A stretch of DNA of 64,000 bases from Cyanophora paradoxa CCMP329 (taxonomy: Eukaryota > Plantae > Glaucophyta). Position numbers and translations under genes: made by a program. The DNA lies in contig QPMI01000522.1 in NCBI GenBank assembly GCA_004431415.1, forward strand, positions 248,001 to 312,000, in the 5' to 3' direction. The notes beneath the pieces are model-generated. The model was not told the DNA's origin, did no database searches, and saw nothing but the letters and a program-made list of their open reading frames with translations. Of this stretch, positions 48,560 to 59,629 are shown in pieces (position 1 is the stretch's first letter; each line of letters starts with the position of its first letter).

Positions 48560-51500
48560 ATGGCGGCGGAGCGCGTTGCAAGTGAGTGCGAGGGCGAGGG
48601 CCCGGGCGCACCGGAGTTCTCGCTGCTGCGGCGCCAGGTGATGGGCATCGCGAACACCGTGCAGTCCTCCTTCCTCCTTTACGCTCCCGTCGCCGCCGCG
48701 GCCGCCTCGCTCTCGTCGCTCGACGAGGACAGCGGCGGCGGCCCCCTCGTGCACTACTCCGCAATCGTCAAGCAAAGGCACGGGCAGCCCGCCAGCTGCA
48801 GCCAAGTTCGCCAACTCGCGCTCGCTCATGCGCACTTGCGCGCACCGCCGCGGCCGCAGGCAGCACAAGCTAAGGGTGACGGACCCGAACAGCCCCTGGA
48901 TCGGGCGGCAGCTTATCATCGAGCTCGCCGACTGGGGTGCGCATGCGCGCGTGCCAGTGCCGGCCGCCACGTGCACGCGCCCCGCTGCCTCAAGCGCCGC
49001 TCACGTGCGAGCCGTGCGCTTCGGCGCGCTCGCGATCGCAGAGACTGGCAAACTCTACGAAGGCCACGCGTGCGCGGCGCGGACGACCTACCCCTTCGTG
49101 AACGCGCCGCGCGTGACGACGCCCGTGGACGCCTTCGGCGAGACGGGCAGCTTCGCGCTCGACTCGTGCCGCTGCTACCGGGACACCACATTCGAGCTGC
49201 GCATCCGGGATGCAGCCACAGGCCAGCGGCCCAGGGTGCGCACGCGCGCACGCGCTTCCCTCACCCTCGCGATCGCGCGCCCTCCCCGCCCCGCGCGCGA
49301 GCTCGAGCTCGAGCGGGCGGGGGGATCGCAGGTTCGCATCAAGGTGGAGCTGGTGAGGCCCGGCGCAAGCTCCAAAGCCGAGCGGGAGGCGGCCGCGGCC
49401 GAGCGCCGCGCGGCCCAGGCCGCGGCCCCGGCCCGGGCGGGCTCGCGCCCGCCCTCCCCGCCAAGCACGGCGCCGACCAGGCGCCGTGCCCGTGCCCTGC
49501 CTCAAGCGCCCCCGCGCGCGCGGCGCCGTACGCCCCGTACCCACTTTCTCCGCCACCACCGACGAAGACGACGAGGCCGATGAGTGGCCCGTACCCCTCC
49601 CGCCCCCCGCCCGTACCCCTCCCGCCCCCCGCCCCACCCCATCCCGCCCTCAGCCCGCCGCCCTGCTACGCCCCCTGCCGCCGGCGCCGCCCCTGCCGCC
49701 GGCGCTTCCCCTTCCCTCCCCCGCACCCCCCCCGCCCCCCCTCATCATCTCCCTCAACACCCGCCGAGAGGACAGCGTCCTGGAGGAGGCGGGGTACCTC
49801 GATTCGCTGCTCTCCGCGTTCACGCGATCGGCCCCCGCGGAGAACCGTTCCTCCGTCTCGGAGCTCCTGTCCTCCGCGGAGAAGAAGTTCTGGGACCTCT
49901 TCGTCAGCTCCGAGGCTGGGGAGCTCTCCTTCGGAACGTTGAAGGAGGAGGAGGGGGACGAGGGGGAGGGGGGGGAGGAGAGCGGCCGGGGTACGCTGCT
50001 GGCCGCCGTGGCGTCCGGCCTGGCGCCGCGGGGCCGGGGCGGCCGCCCCCCGCGCCCAGTGCCGGAGGCCGACGTAGAAGCGCTCTTCCTCCAGCTCTCC
50101 AACCTCTCCGTCGATCCCGACGCCCCCGCCCCCGTCGCCGTCAGCCCCGCCTCGCCCCTGGGTCTCGAGCCGGAGCCCCCCGCGCCCTTCGCCGCCCCCG
50201 TCCCGCCCCCCGTCCGCTTCTCCCCCCCGCCCTACATCCTCGACCCGTCCGAAGAGGACGAGTTCATGGTACCCCCCACCCCTTCCAAAAAAGAGTCCGC
50301 CTGACCGTATGGCCGGCCGGCAGCGGCGGGTGACTGCGGCAGAGGCGGCCGGCGCCGGCGCCGCCCTCACCGTCCTGCTCGGCGACCCCCGGTACCCCCC
50401 TGCCCCTCTGCCCCCCCCTTCCTCCCCCCGCCCTACCCCGACCCTTACCCCCCCGGAAGGGTCCTGGGCACGCCCCTCTTCCGGACGCCCGCCGGCAGGA
50501 TACGGACACGGCACCTCCTCGTGGTGCGGCCGCGTACCCCCCGCCGGGCCTTCCCTCCGCTCAACCCCATGTACCCCCCAGCTCGTACGCGTCTCTGCGC
50601 GCTCCGCCGGCCCCGGACGGCCCCGCGCCCTCTTTCCTCCCCCCTCGGTTCGGCCCGCTTCCGAATCCCGCACCCCATTGCTTCCTCACCCCCACCCCAC
50701 CCCAGTTCGACGCCATCCTGCAATCTCTCATCTTCAACCTCCACGCCGGCCCCTCTTCGTACCCCACCCTGTCCGTCCATTCCCCACCTCGAACTCGCGC
50801 GCTCGTACCCCCCGGCTCTCATTAACCGTACCCCCAGAGAGGAAGCGGAGCGCGCTTGCGAGAACGTGTGGAACTTCGTCACCGTCGCCACGTCCGGTGC
50901 GCGCCTTCGACGCCGTACCCCCTCCTTCTTCCCCCCCCCTCCCCCGCCTTGACGCCCCCCGCCCCCCCCCCCCCCCCCACAGACTTCGTTCTCGTGTCGC
51001 CCGACTTCCTGCTTGTATCCTTCGACGAGGTTCACTCCCCCCCCCTCTCCGCGCCAATCTCACTCCCGTACCCCCCTGAACAGGTTCTGGCGCTGCACGA
51101 GCGGGCGATGGAGCTCGCTGCGAACGCAGTCGCGAGGTTCGCGCGCGCGGGGGCGGGGCGCCTCCGCGGGCGGGCAGCGCCTGAGGGAGCGCCGCAGCTT
51201 CGGGCCGGAGCCGCGCGCCGAGCTCCTCGCGACGGCCGCAAAGGTAATTAGGGGCCGACTTTCTACCGCCTCGGGTTCCTCCTTGATCCCTCGCTAAGGG
51301 CCTTAAAGCTTGAGCTATCTTAAGGTTCCTCGGGGCCTTAAAGCATGAGCTAGGCGCTCGTCTAAGAACAGGTTCCCGCCTCCTAACTAAAACTATCTGC
51401 CGTCTCGGGTTAACGTTCCTCCTTGATTCCTCGCGGTCGCCCGCGCCCTCACCTCTCTCTCCCTCTGCCCCCACGCACGCAGGCGCGGGCGGCGTTCAGC

Positions 51501-54217
51501 CTGCGGCAGCACGGGCACCTCCGACCCTCCCTCGAGCTCCAGTTCGAGGTGAACGGTCGCCCCAGGCCTCTTCTAGACCTCCTCTCCTTGAAATTCTTGG
51601 AGGAACCTTTCGTTAGACGAGCGCCTAGCTCAAGCTTAGAGATGGACGCGGTTCATTTATAAGGCTTTAGAATCGAAGTATCTTTTTAAGATTTGTGTAG
51701 ATCCCCGCCCCCGCGCCTGCCAGGCTGACACCGCCCGCTGCGCCTCCCTCTGGAATTGTCGAACAGGCCTGGGACGACCTCCTGCGCCTGTGGGTGCGAG
51801 CCTCCCGCCCCCCCCCCCCCCCCCTCCCCCCCGCCCCCGCCCCCCTCCCCTCCTCCCCCCCCACGCCCCCGTGACTCGAGGGTAGGTGTACCCCACCGGC
51901 TCGAGTGCGAGGTCCTCCGCGAGCTCTGCGAGCTGCACGGTGCCGCCGTACCCCCCATCCCCCCCCCCCCCCCCTTCACCCCCTCTTACCCCGGCCGACG
52001 GCCTTCGGCGCGCAGTGCAAATCGAGCGGACGGACCTCGCGCGCCACTTCGCCGAGCGCCTCTACTGGTGCGTGTGGCTAAAGAGTTAAGACTTGGTGTG
52101 AGATAGCGGAGAGAGACCGGTGTGAGAGTTAAGACTGGTGCGTGCCGGCGGAGCGATAGCCCAAGGCGGCTTATAATTAGGCTCGAGCCGGGGCTGGCCC
52201 GGCTGTCTCACTTGAAACTTTGGACTCCGAAGTCCGTCTTTACTGGCAGGGGGGGGGGGGGAAGGGGGGGGTGAAGGGGATGAAACCTAACCGAATTCGT
52301 TACATGTCTGTTTCGATCCCCTACTAGAATCGAACCGAATCCAATCCGATCCGACGCCCCCCGTCAGGTTCGAGGAGACGGACGACGACATCGAGTTCAA
52401 GGTCTCCTGCCTCCAGACCCTCGGTACCCCCCGCTTCTCCCCCCCCCCCCGCCCCGCCCCGCCCCGCCCTTCCCCACCCGTGTCAACGCGCTGCTGCGCG
52501 GTCTCCGCTCTCCGGGACGGCTAGCTAGAGGGGGGGCTAGCTAGTGCTCCCCACTGCCCTTTCACCTTAAAAAATCTCGACGAGGTCCCGCGCCTCCGGA
52601 CCCTCGGTACCCCCCCGCCGCTTCGCCCCGCCCCGCCCCGCCCCGCTCCCCTTCGCCCCGCTACGTTTTGAGTCGCCCCTTCCTCTTTCTTAATTCACCG
52701 TCTGCTCTCCTCTGCACTCGCAGCATACATCGAGTGGCACGAGGGGGCGCCTGGCGCGGGGGCGGAGACCTACCGCCGCGCCGTCGAGACCTGCCGCCGT
52801 GCGCCCCCGCCCCGCCCGCGCCGGCCCCGCCCTCCCCGGCACGCTCCGTCTAGATGGAATCTTCTGGGAGATCGTTCGCGGCACACCCCCTCCGATCGGG
52901 GGGGTCCCGCACCGCACCGCCCCCCCCCCGCTCCGCCCCGCCGCGGCCCAGATCTAGAGCCCGAGCCCGTCCTGGACTAATTAATTCCTGGGTCCAGAGC
53001 TCGTGGAGCGGTCCGGGGGCAACCCCTCCTACGCCCTCCGCCTCGGCCGTGCCTCCAAGTCCATGAGCCTCTGCGAGCTCGCCGCCGGTTCGAATCCCTC
53101 CGGGGCCCCTTCATTGTTTTTTCGTATTCTCAGAGCCCGTTTTCGAATTCAGGGCTCGTTGCGCGCTGGGGCCGCTCCTTTAGCACAGGAACAAAGGTCC
53201 GAGACGCCGCTTCTTCGACCTATTTATAGGCGCTCAGCTGATCATGAGAGGCGGCGCGGCGCTCAGGTGATGGACGCAGTCCTCGAGCTCACGAGCTCCG
53301 AGCACGACGACTTCGGCCTCGCCGGTTCGAGAACCGCCCGCGCCCATTTAATGTATCGAATAATCCTTCGTTCGCAGCGTGCGGCGTGGTGTTCCGGCCG
53401 GAGGGCTTCAGGCTCCGCCACGCGATCCGCATCTTGCGCACCTGCTCGCTCCACCTCGAGGCGCGCCCGCGCCCGCGCCCGGCCGGCCCCGCCGCCGGAT
53501 TTCTCACACTTAAGCTTCCTGAAGAAGACCCTAAATAAATGAGGAACTCGAAATCAGAGCAAGTTGTAAAGCCCTAGCAGCTTCCTTCTTCTGACGCGGC
53601 GGGCGCAGTGGGGCCACCAGCGGTACCGTACCCCTCACAAGGTCGCCTCCGCCACCTACCACATCGGCCTCCTCTGGTAAATACCAATTCCAATTCTAAT
53701 AAGCTCTAAGTTCTAAGAAGATGAATTTCTATTATGCCGCGTCGTCTGGCTTTCCTTTTTCTCTAACCTGTCTGCGCGATTCGAAATTCGCAGCGCTCTG
53801 GACGGGCAGCTCGAGGAGGCGCTGGAGGCGTTCTCGGCGGCGATGGCCAAGTACACGTGCACGCCCGAGCTCGCCGCCTGCTTCGGCGACTCGCACCCCC
53901 GCATCCGCAACCTCCGCCGCGCCGCCGCCTGGGTCGCCGCCCGCCTCGGGCGGCCCCTGCCGCCCGAGCTCGCTTTCTCCCCCGGACACAACTCCGGATC
54001 CGAATCGGCGCCCCAGTCTCAGTCCCAATTACAAGCGCGGGCGGGGGCCTCGCGATCGGGGCGGCGGTTGACGCGGCTCGCGTGGCCGCCCTGCCTGGAC
54101 CCGGCGCTGTGGGCCAGCCGCGGGATCGACTCCGAGCTGCAGGAGGTCTTCCTGGCCACGTACCCCGCCGACGCGGTCCTCCAGATCGGCGCGTGGCTCG
54201 CCAACGGGCCCCTCTAA
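48560..54217 (+). CDS. Large spliced hypothetical protein: beta-rich N-terminal domain, Pro/acidic linker, helical TPR-like C-terminus
   Basis: Exons HKLRVTDPNSPWIGRQLIIELADW, FGETGSFALDSCRCYRDTTFELRIRD, VRIKVELVRPG; later HKVASATYHIGLL..GQLEEALEAFSAAMAKY..FGDSHPRIRNL; ends IGAWLANGPL*. Confidence 0.6.
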
Positions 54218-54351
54218 CGCGGCTCTAAATCTAACTATGTACACGTGCGGAATGTTTCGTTCTTTAAAGCCCTTTCGCCTAGATCTTTGTCGATATTATC
54301 TCCTCGTGCATATGCATGTGCATAAATCACCTGTACGTATACTGGGGTGCA

Positions 54352-54989
54352 AGGGGGGAACCGGGATCTAATGAAAGAGTCAGAATTCCCGAAGCTTAAG
54401 TGTTCACGGGCTCCGTCCGGACAATGTAAAATTCCGCCGTTGCATGATGACGACACCGTGCAGCCTGCGCCACCCGCCACGAAGTCCCGCCCCGGGACGA
54501 CGTCTCCGGGGCCCGAGTCCGGGCACAGAAGCGGCTGCAGCTCGCCGTCCCACTGGGCCATCTGATGCGGACTTGCACAGCAGCAGACTCACGCGCGCAT
54601 GCGCAATTTGGCGAAGCTACTAGCGGGCATAAGGCTGCGGCGCAATCTGCCGAAGCAAGCACCGCGGCGAGTCCGAGAAGCCGATCGATATCGCGCGAGC
54701 AGCGGAGTCAGTGACGGTGAGAGAGAAATTGGTTTTCCCCTCGAAAACCACTTTTCGCGAGTTCGAGCTCGAGAGAGCTCTCGCGAGCTCGACTTCGACG
54801 CTCGAAAGTCGAAGGCTGACCGGTCCACCGAGCCAATCGGAACGCGAATAAAGCATTTTTTTCTGGTGTTGCATACTGGACCTCGAAAACGGCCTCGTAG
54901 AAAAATTGTGGCTGAAGCGAGGGAACGGGAATTCGAAGCAATTCATGCAAGCTGGGAGAAGCCCTTCGGTCTTCTAGATCTTCCCCCCT
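54352..54989. mobile_element. Candidate MITE with short G-rich TIRs in a TGCA target
   Basis: AGGGGGGAA(CCGG)GATCTA at left, TAGATCTTCCCCCCT at right; TGCA on both flanks (54348-54351, 54990-54993); non-coding interior with palindromes. Confidence 0.55.
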
Positions 54990-55537
54990 TGCAACATGCG
55001 CCTGCACATACATGTACATGCACATCCTCGTCTTGCAATTGCACCTGTATACGTACGTATACATGCATATATATATAAATGTGTGTGGGACATGGGGGTA
55101 CGGAAAATTTGCGGTAGCGCGACGATTACGGCGGCGCAGCGGGCCAGGTTTCCCACCCGTGGGTTCCTGATAACGCTGCGTGTCAAGCTGCTCGGAAAGT
55201 CGCGCGCCAGCTCCACCCGACCCCCGTAGCCAGAACGCGCTAGATAGACCAGCCGGGCGTGCACGGACAGCCGACACGAGCACATCATCACCAAGCGCGA
55301 CCGCCGAAGTCGATAGCCCGCCCCCGGAGCGCCAGGCAGCCCCGCCAACCTCGCCGCGTCATCTTTTTTGAATTCCACGGACCCCCGGACCTCACCTGCG
55401 CCCTGCGCGGAGCGCAAAGCACTCGCCCTGCCTCTCCCGATAGAAGATAAGAGCTCTTAAGCAACTGAACTGCCGCCCAGTCCCCGCGCATTGCGCCCCG
55501 ATGCGGACACTCACTCGCTGCCTGTCACACCGCAGAC

Positions 55538-56821
55538 ATGAGCCGATCATCCACGGACGACACACCGGATGTCGCCGCCATGCCCGGCGAACGACGTAGA
55601 CCGTGCTTGCGCGACGCTCGCCGGCGCCCAGGCCCCGCGGGCCCACGCCCCCGCCCCCTTTCCCCCGGACTGGGCCCAAAGGGCGCCCACCTGGGCTCCT
55701 CCCCCCCGAGGCCGGTACAGAAGCGTGTACGCTCGGACCCCCTGCCCCCCCGTCCGCAGTCCGAGCCAGACGAGGCCCGCCCGGACCCGGCCTTCAAGCC
55801 GGCCCCCGCCCTCCCGCCCCAGCGCCCCGCCCTCGCCCTCCGGCTCCAGCGCCCCGCCCCCGCCCTCCGGCTCCAGCGCCCCGCCCTCGCCCTCCGGCTC
55901 CTGCGCCCCGCCCCCGCCCTCCGGCTCCTGCGCCCCGCCCCCGCCCTCCGGCTCCAGCACCCCGCCCCGCCCTCCGGCTCCAGCGCCCCGCCCCCGCCCT
56001 TCGGCTCCAGCGCCCCGCCCCCGCCCCCAGCTCCAGCTCCCCGCCCTCGCCCTCCGGCTCCAGCGCCCTGCCCCGCCCTCCGGCTCCCGCGCCCCGCCCC
56101 CGCCCTCCGGCTCCCGCGCCCCGCCCCCGCCCCCAGCTCCAGCACCCCGCCCCCGCCCTCCGGCTCCAGCGCCCCGCCCCCGCCCTCCGGCTCCAGCAGA
56201 CCGCCCCCGCCCTCCAGCTCCCGCGCCCCGCCCCCGCCCTCCGGCTCCAGCGCCCCGCCCCCGCCCTCCAGCTCCCGCGCCCCGCCCCGCCCTCCGGCTC
56301 CATCAGACCGCCCCCGCCCTCCAGCTCTAGCGCCCCGCCCCCGCCCTCCGGCTCCCGCGCCCCGCCCCCGCCCTCCTGCCCCAGCGCCCCGCCCCGCCCC
56401 CAGCTCCAGCGCCCCGCCCCGCCCTCCCGCCCAAGCGCCCCGCCCCGCCCTAGGCCTCCCGCCCCAGCGCCCCGCCCCCGCCCTCCTGCTCCAGCGCTCC
56501 GCCCCTGCCCTCCTGCTCCAGCACCCCGCCCCCGCCCTCCGGCTCCAGCGCCCCGCCCCGCTCCCAGCCCGTCACCCTTCCCGCCCGCCCCCCCAGCTTC
56601 CCGATTCCAGCGCCTCACTCCCGCCATCCTCCAGCGCTCCGTGTACCCCACTCCCTGCCCTTCTCCCCCCCCCCTACGCCGTGCCTCGGCGGGCACGCCT
56701 GCTGCTCTCCCCCTGCCCCGTGCGCCTCGCCTTCCCCCTCCCCTCCTTTTCCACAGGACCAAGGACACCAACGCCTCAGGCCCTCCTAAAGCCGCAGATC
56801 GATAGCTCCCAGCTAGGATAA
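55538..56821 (+). CDS. Pro-rich ORF running through the minisatellite; coding status doubtful
   Basis: 427-aa ORF with non-repetitive N-terminus (..PVQKRVRSDP..), then PALRLQRPA / PPPSGSSAP repeats; the repeat is open in all frames. Confidence 0.3.
   Translation: MSRSSTDDTPDVAAMPGERRRPCLRDARRRPGPAGPRPRPLSPGLGPKGAHLGSSPPRPVQKRVRSDPLPPRPQSEPDEARPDPAFKPAPALPPQRPALALRLQRPAPALRLQRPALALRLLRPAPALRLLRPAPALRLQHPAPPSGSSAPPPPFGSSAPPPPPAPAPRPRPPAPAPCPALRLPRPAPALRLPRPAPAPSSSTPPPPSGSSAPPPPSGSSRPPPPSSSRAPPPPSGSSAPPPPSSSRAPPRPPAPSDRPRPPALAPRPRPPAPAPRPRPPAPAPRPAPSSSAPPRPPAQAPRPALGLPPQRPAPALLLQRSAPALLLQHPAPALRLQRPAPLPARHPSRPPPQLPDSSASLPPSSSAPCTPLPALLPPPYAVPRRARLLLSPCPVRLAFPLPSFSTGPRTPTPQALLKPQIDSSQLG
55800..56565 (+). 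repeat. C-rich minisatellite, ~27-bp unit CCCCGCCCTCCGGCTCCAGCGCCCCGC
   Basis: More than 20 variant tandem units read directly. Confidence 0.9.
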
Positions 56822-57493
56822 GATAGCAGGACGTCTTCCCTCTATGCCGCAGAGCCTCAGAGCTAGCCTAGGTGCCCCCCCATGTCGACGTTAACGACGG
56901 GGCGGCGGTTGTTGTCATTAATATGAACATTGCCCGGTTGGGCTTTTGCAAAAACAATATATAAATGTGTGTGTACATGTACATGTAAATTAAACGTACA
57001 ATCGATATCTGCAGCTGATCATGGGAACACGGACGTTGACAATTTCAAGATTGCATATGGCCCGGCCCAGTACTAGTGGCATTTCAGACATTGCACGCAT
57101 GATCTTGCAATATTGTTTTTAATTGATCATGTATAGGTCAACGAAATTCTCTCCATTCCCTCCAAATCGACGTGCCTCCCCAAGGCCTCCGGATCCGCAT
57201 CCATACCCCCCCCCTCCCTCCCCCCCGCTTCCCCACCCGGGCCCCACCCTCCCCGCACTTCCCCTCAATCATTGTATTCAATATTCGCATTTCCCGCAAT
57301 AGCCTAGTAGCCACATAGGCCCCCCAATTGCAAGTCCATTAATATTCCTGCTTCGCACTGGCAGCTGCAAGGGTCGCTTCAATCAGGCTTGTTGTACAGT
57401 CGTCTAAGCTTTTATATATAGTACTAGTTGAGGGAATTCGAATTCGAAGGGCGCGCGCCGCGGCGCTCGCGCTCGCCAATTGCAAGAAACTCG

Positions 57494-59022
57494 TCAGGCG
57501 CACGCCTCCAAGAGCTCGCCGCCGGCGCTCACGCCTGCTTCAAGTTCGAATTCGGTGTCGAGTTCCATCGCCTTGTCCTCGATCTCGAACTCGAATTCTT
57601 CATCGGATGCCTGCGCAACAGGTTGGAGACGCGGTCTTGCTTGCGATCGCGAGTGGCAGCTTACCTCTTGCACGTCGTTGTCGAGAATCCGCTGCGCGCA
57701 CTGCGTGTGCATTGTTCATCACAAGCCGCTGATCATGATTCGGCACTAGTACTGCAGCTGAGGGACTATATATACTATGATAAATACGCACAAATTTCAT
57801 CGGCTCGCCGTTTTTATATCCGCTGTGGCAGTAGTTGCTCTTGCAGTCCTCGTTTTTGTAGCACTTGTAGCCGTTGTTGCACTTGCTAATATTACTGGAA
57901 GCACAGTGCCCGCCGCAGTCCACATCGCTTTCGCAGATTGTGTTGCCAGGACACCTCGTGCTTTCCTCACCGTCGTGGCTCTTGTTGTAGCAGTGCGCGA
58001 TGGTCTTCTTCTCGGTCTCCTCCACGAACATATACTGGATTCCCGAATTGCCGAAATGGGTGTTCAACTGATGTTCATGTACATGCATGTGGTGGCGTGT
58101 GAGTATACGTATCGCAGAATTAGTGTCGCAGCGCTAGCGCACATCAGATTTGTTTACCTGCGAAACGGGCTGAACAAAAAAAGATTGGGCATAAAAAAAA
58201 GTAGAAACTTTCTTACACATATCGGCCCGACAATGTAGTCCGTTTCTTTGTAATCCTTGAACGCTTTCTCCGCCGCCAAAGCAAAAGATTCCGGGATGCC
58301 TGCATGTGTAATATTAAATAATTTTTTTCAGAGTGCAATTTCCGAGCGTACGAGTGGCCTGGCAATTGCGCATCATGATCACTCACTTGGAAGAATGTTC
58401 AACCAAAAGAGCTGCATATTTGCGCCAGGGGTTCCATTCTCATACTGCGGCGGTTCGAATTCCATGACGAAAGTGCAGCTAATTTTATGAATGAACTCTC
58501 AAGCATGGTCATGCATATGGCCGACGCACGTCTTCGATCGCCTCTACGTATTTTTTATCTGCGCCGCCTCCAAACTTGATTTTGTAACTGAAATTGAAGA
58601 GATCAAGAGGCGCGCGGGCAAGGATGTGAGCCATCAAAGTGACTCATAATCAGTGACTTGCCCATCCTTGACGCAAACCGAGTTTACCCAACCGCGGATC
58701 CCTCGTGGCAGCTGCGGGTCGGATGAGGTCCGGGAGGACCGCAGCTGCGTGGTTCTAGATCTAGATCTCTCCCGGGCACGAACCTACCTTGGGTAAGGGA
58801 TCCTCCATCTTTCCGTTGAATCCCCTTGATCCAAAGTTGGAACCGCCGGACCGACCCTGGCACTATTTCGCAGCATCCCGACGCATTTAGACTTTGAGAC
58901 AGGGCAATTTTGAACTCGACATTTTCGAATTCAGCTGCGCACGTTCGTATCTTGGAAGATGCGCAATGCGAATAGCATGTCTGCGTCGCCACTGCCAGTA
59001 ACACCGTCGGCTTTCGGAGCAT
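57494..59022 (-). CDS. Spliced, lower-GC gene for a probably secreted protein with a DVDCGG-type Cys-rich module and acidic tail
   Basis: HCYNKSHDGEE..CESDVDCGGHC..KCNNGYKCYKNEDCKSNYCHSG; exon ITHAGIPESFALAAEKAFKDYKETDYIVGP; tail ASDEEFEFEIEDKAMELDTEFELEAG..EACA*; TATAAAT at ~59084-59090 upstream of MLRKPTVLLAVA. Confidence 0.55.
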
Positions 59023-59442
59023 AATTGATCTGCGCAGTCCAGCAACCGTCGGACTAAGTCGCCACGACCCGGCCGCGGTGGCCATTTATATTGCCAGGCC
59101 TAGGTGCATCGGCAACATGTACAGGCCTATATATATATCCTATATATAGATAGCTCGGCGTGCAAACCTGATAATGCACTGCGCGCGCGCGCGCTCGCGG
59201 TCGGCCGCGTCAGAATAGCAGAGACCGTGCAAACCACCGTGGCCCAGTGGCACGGTGCACGTGCACGGTTGCAAATGTGGTGCACCTTTTTCCCAGTCCT
59301 TGTTCTCGGGCGACGAGGTGCACGTCGGACCAGCTGCAGGTTTAGAGCTTGATCCGCCCATTTTCAAGCAAGCGCTAGCTTAAGTTGTGCGAGCTTAAGC
59401 TTAAGATCTTTGTCGATGTCGAGCTCCGGTCCAGCTGCGCGA

Positions 59443-59629
59443 GATATATACGTATATATACGTACACGTACTACTATAGCTAGCGCTACGTGTACGTATA
59501 AGTATACGTATACGTATACGTATATATTACGTATAGGCGTAATAAACCGCCGCGGCCCGGCGGCGGCGCCGGCGCGGCCGGTACGTACGCCACGGTACGC
59601 GTACGCGCGTATACCTATATATATATATA
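59443..59629. repeat. Alternating purine-pyrimidine, palindrome-rich tract ending in (TA)n
   Basis: Perfect 14-bp stem TATACGTACACGTA (59457-59470) / TACGTGTACGTATA (59487-59500); (GTATAC)n; TA run to 59629. Confidence 0.8.

Larger units (their letters stand above)
55088..56956 (+). mobile_element. Candidate 1.87-kb insertion flanked by a 17-bp direct repeat
   Basis: ATATATAAATGTGTGTG at 55071-55087 and 56957-56973; GACATGGGGG (55089) inverted as CCCCCATGTC (56877-56886). Confidence 0.45.

Noticed and set aside
1-57000. Hundreds of long Pro/Arg/Gly/Ala-rich ORFs in the six-frame track
   Set aside because: Stop-poor GC-rich sequence and antisense shadows; real motifs hop between frames at GT/GC..AG introns.
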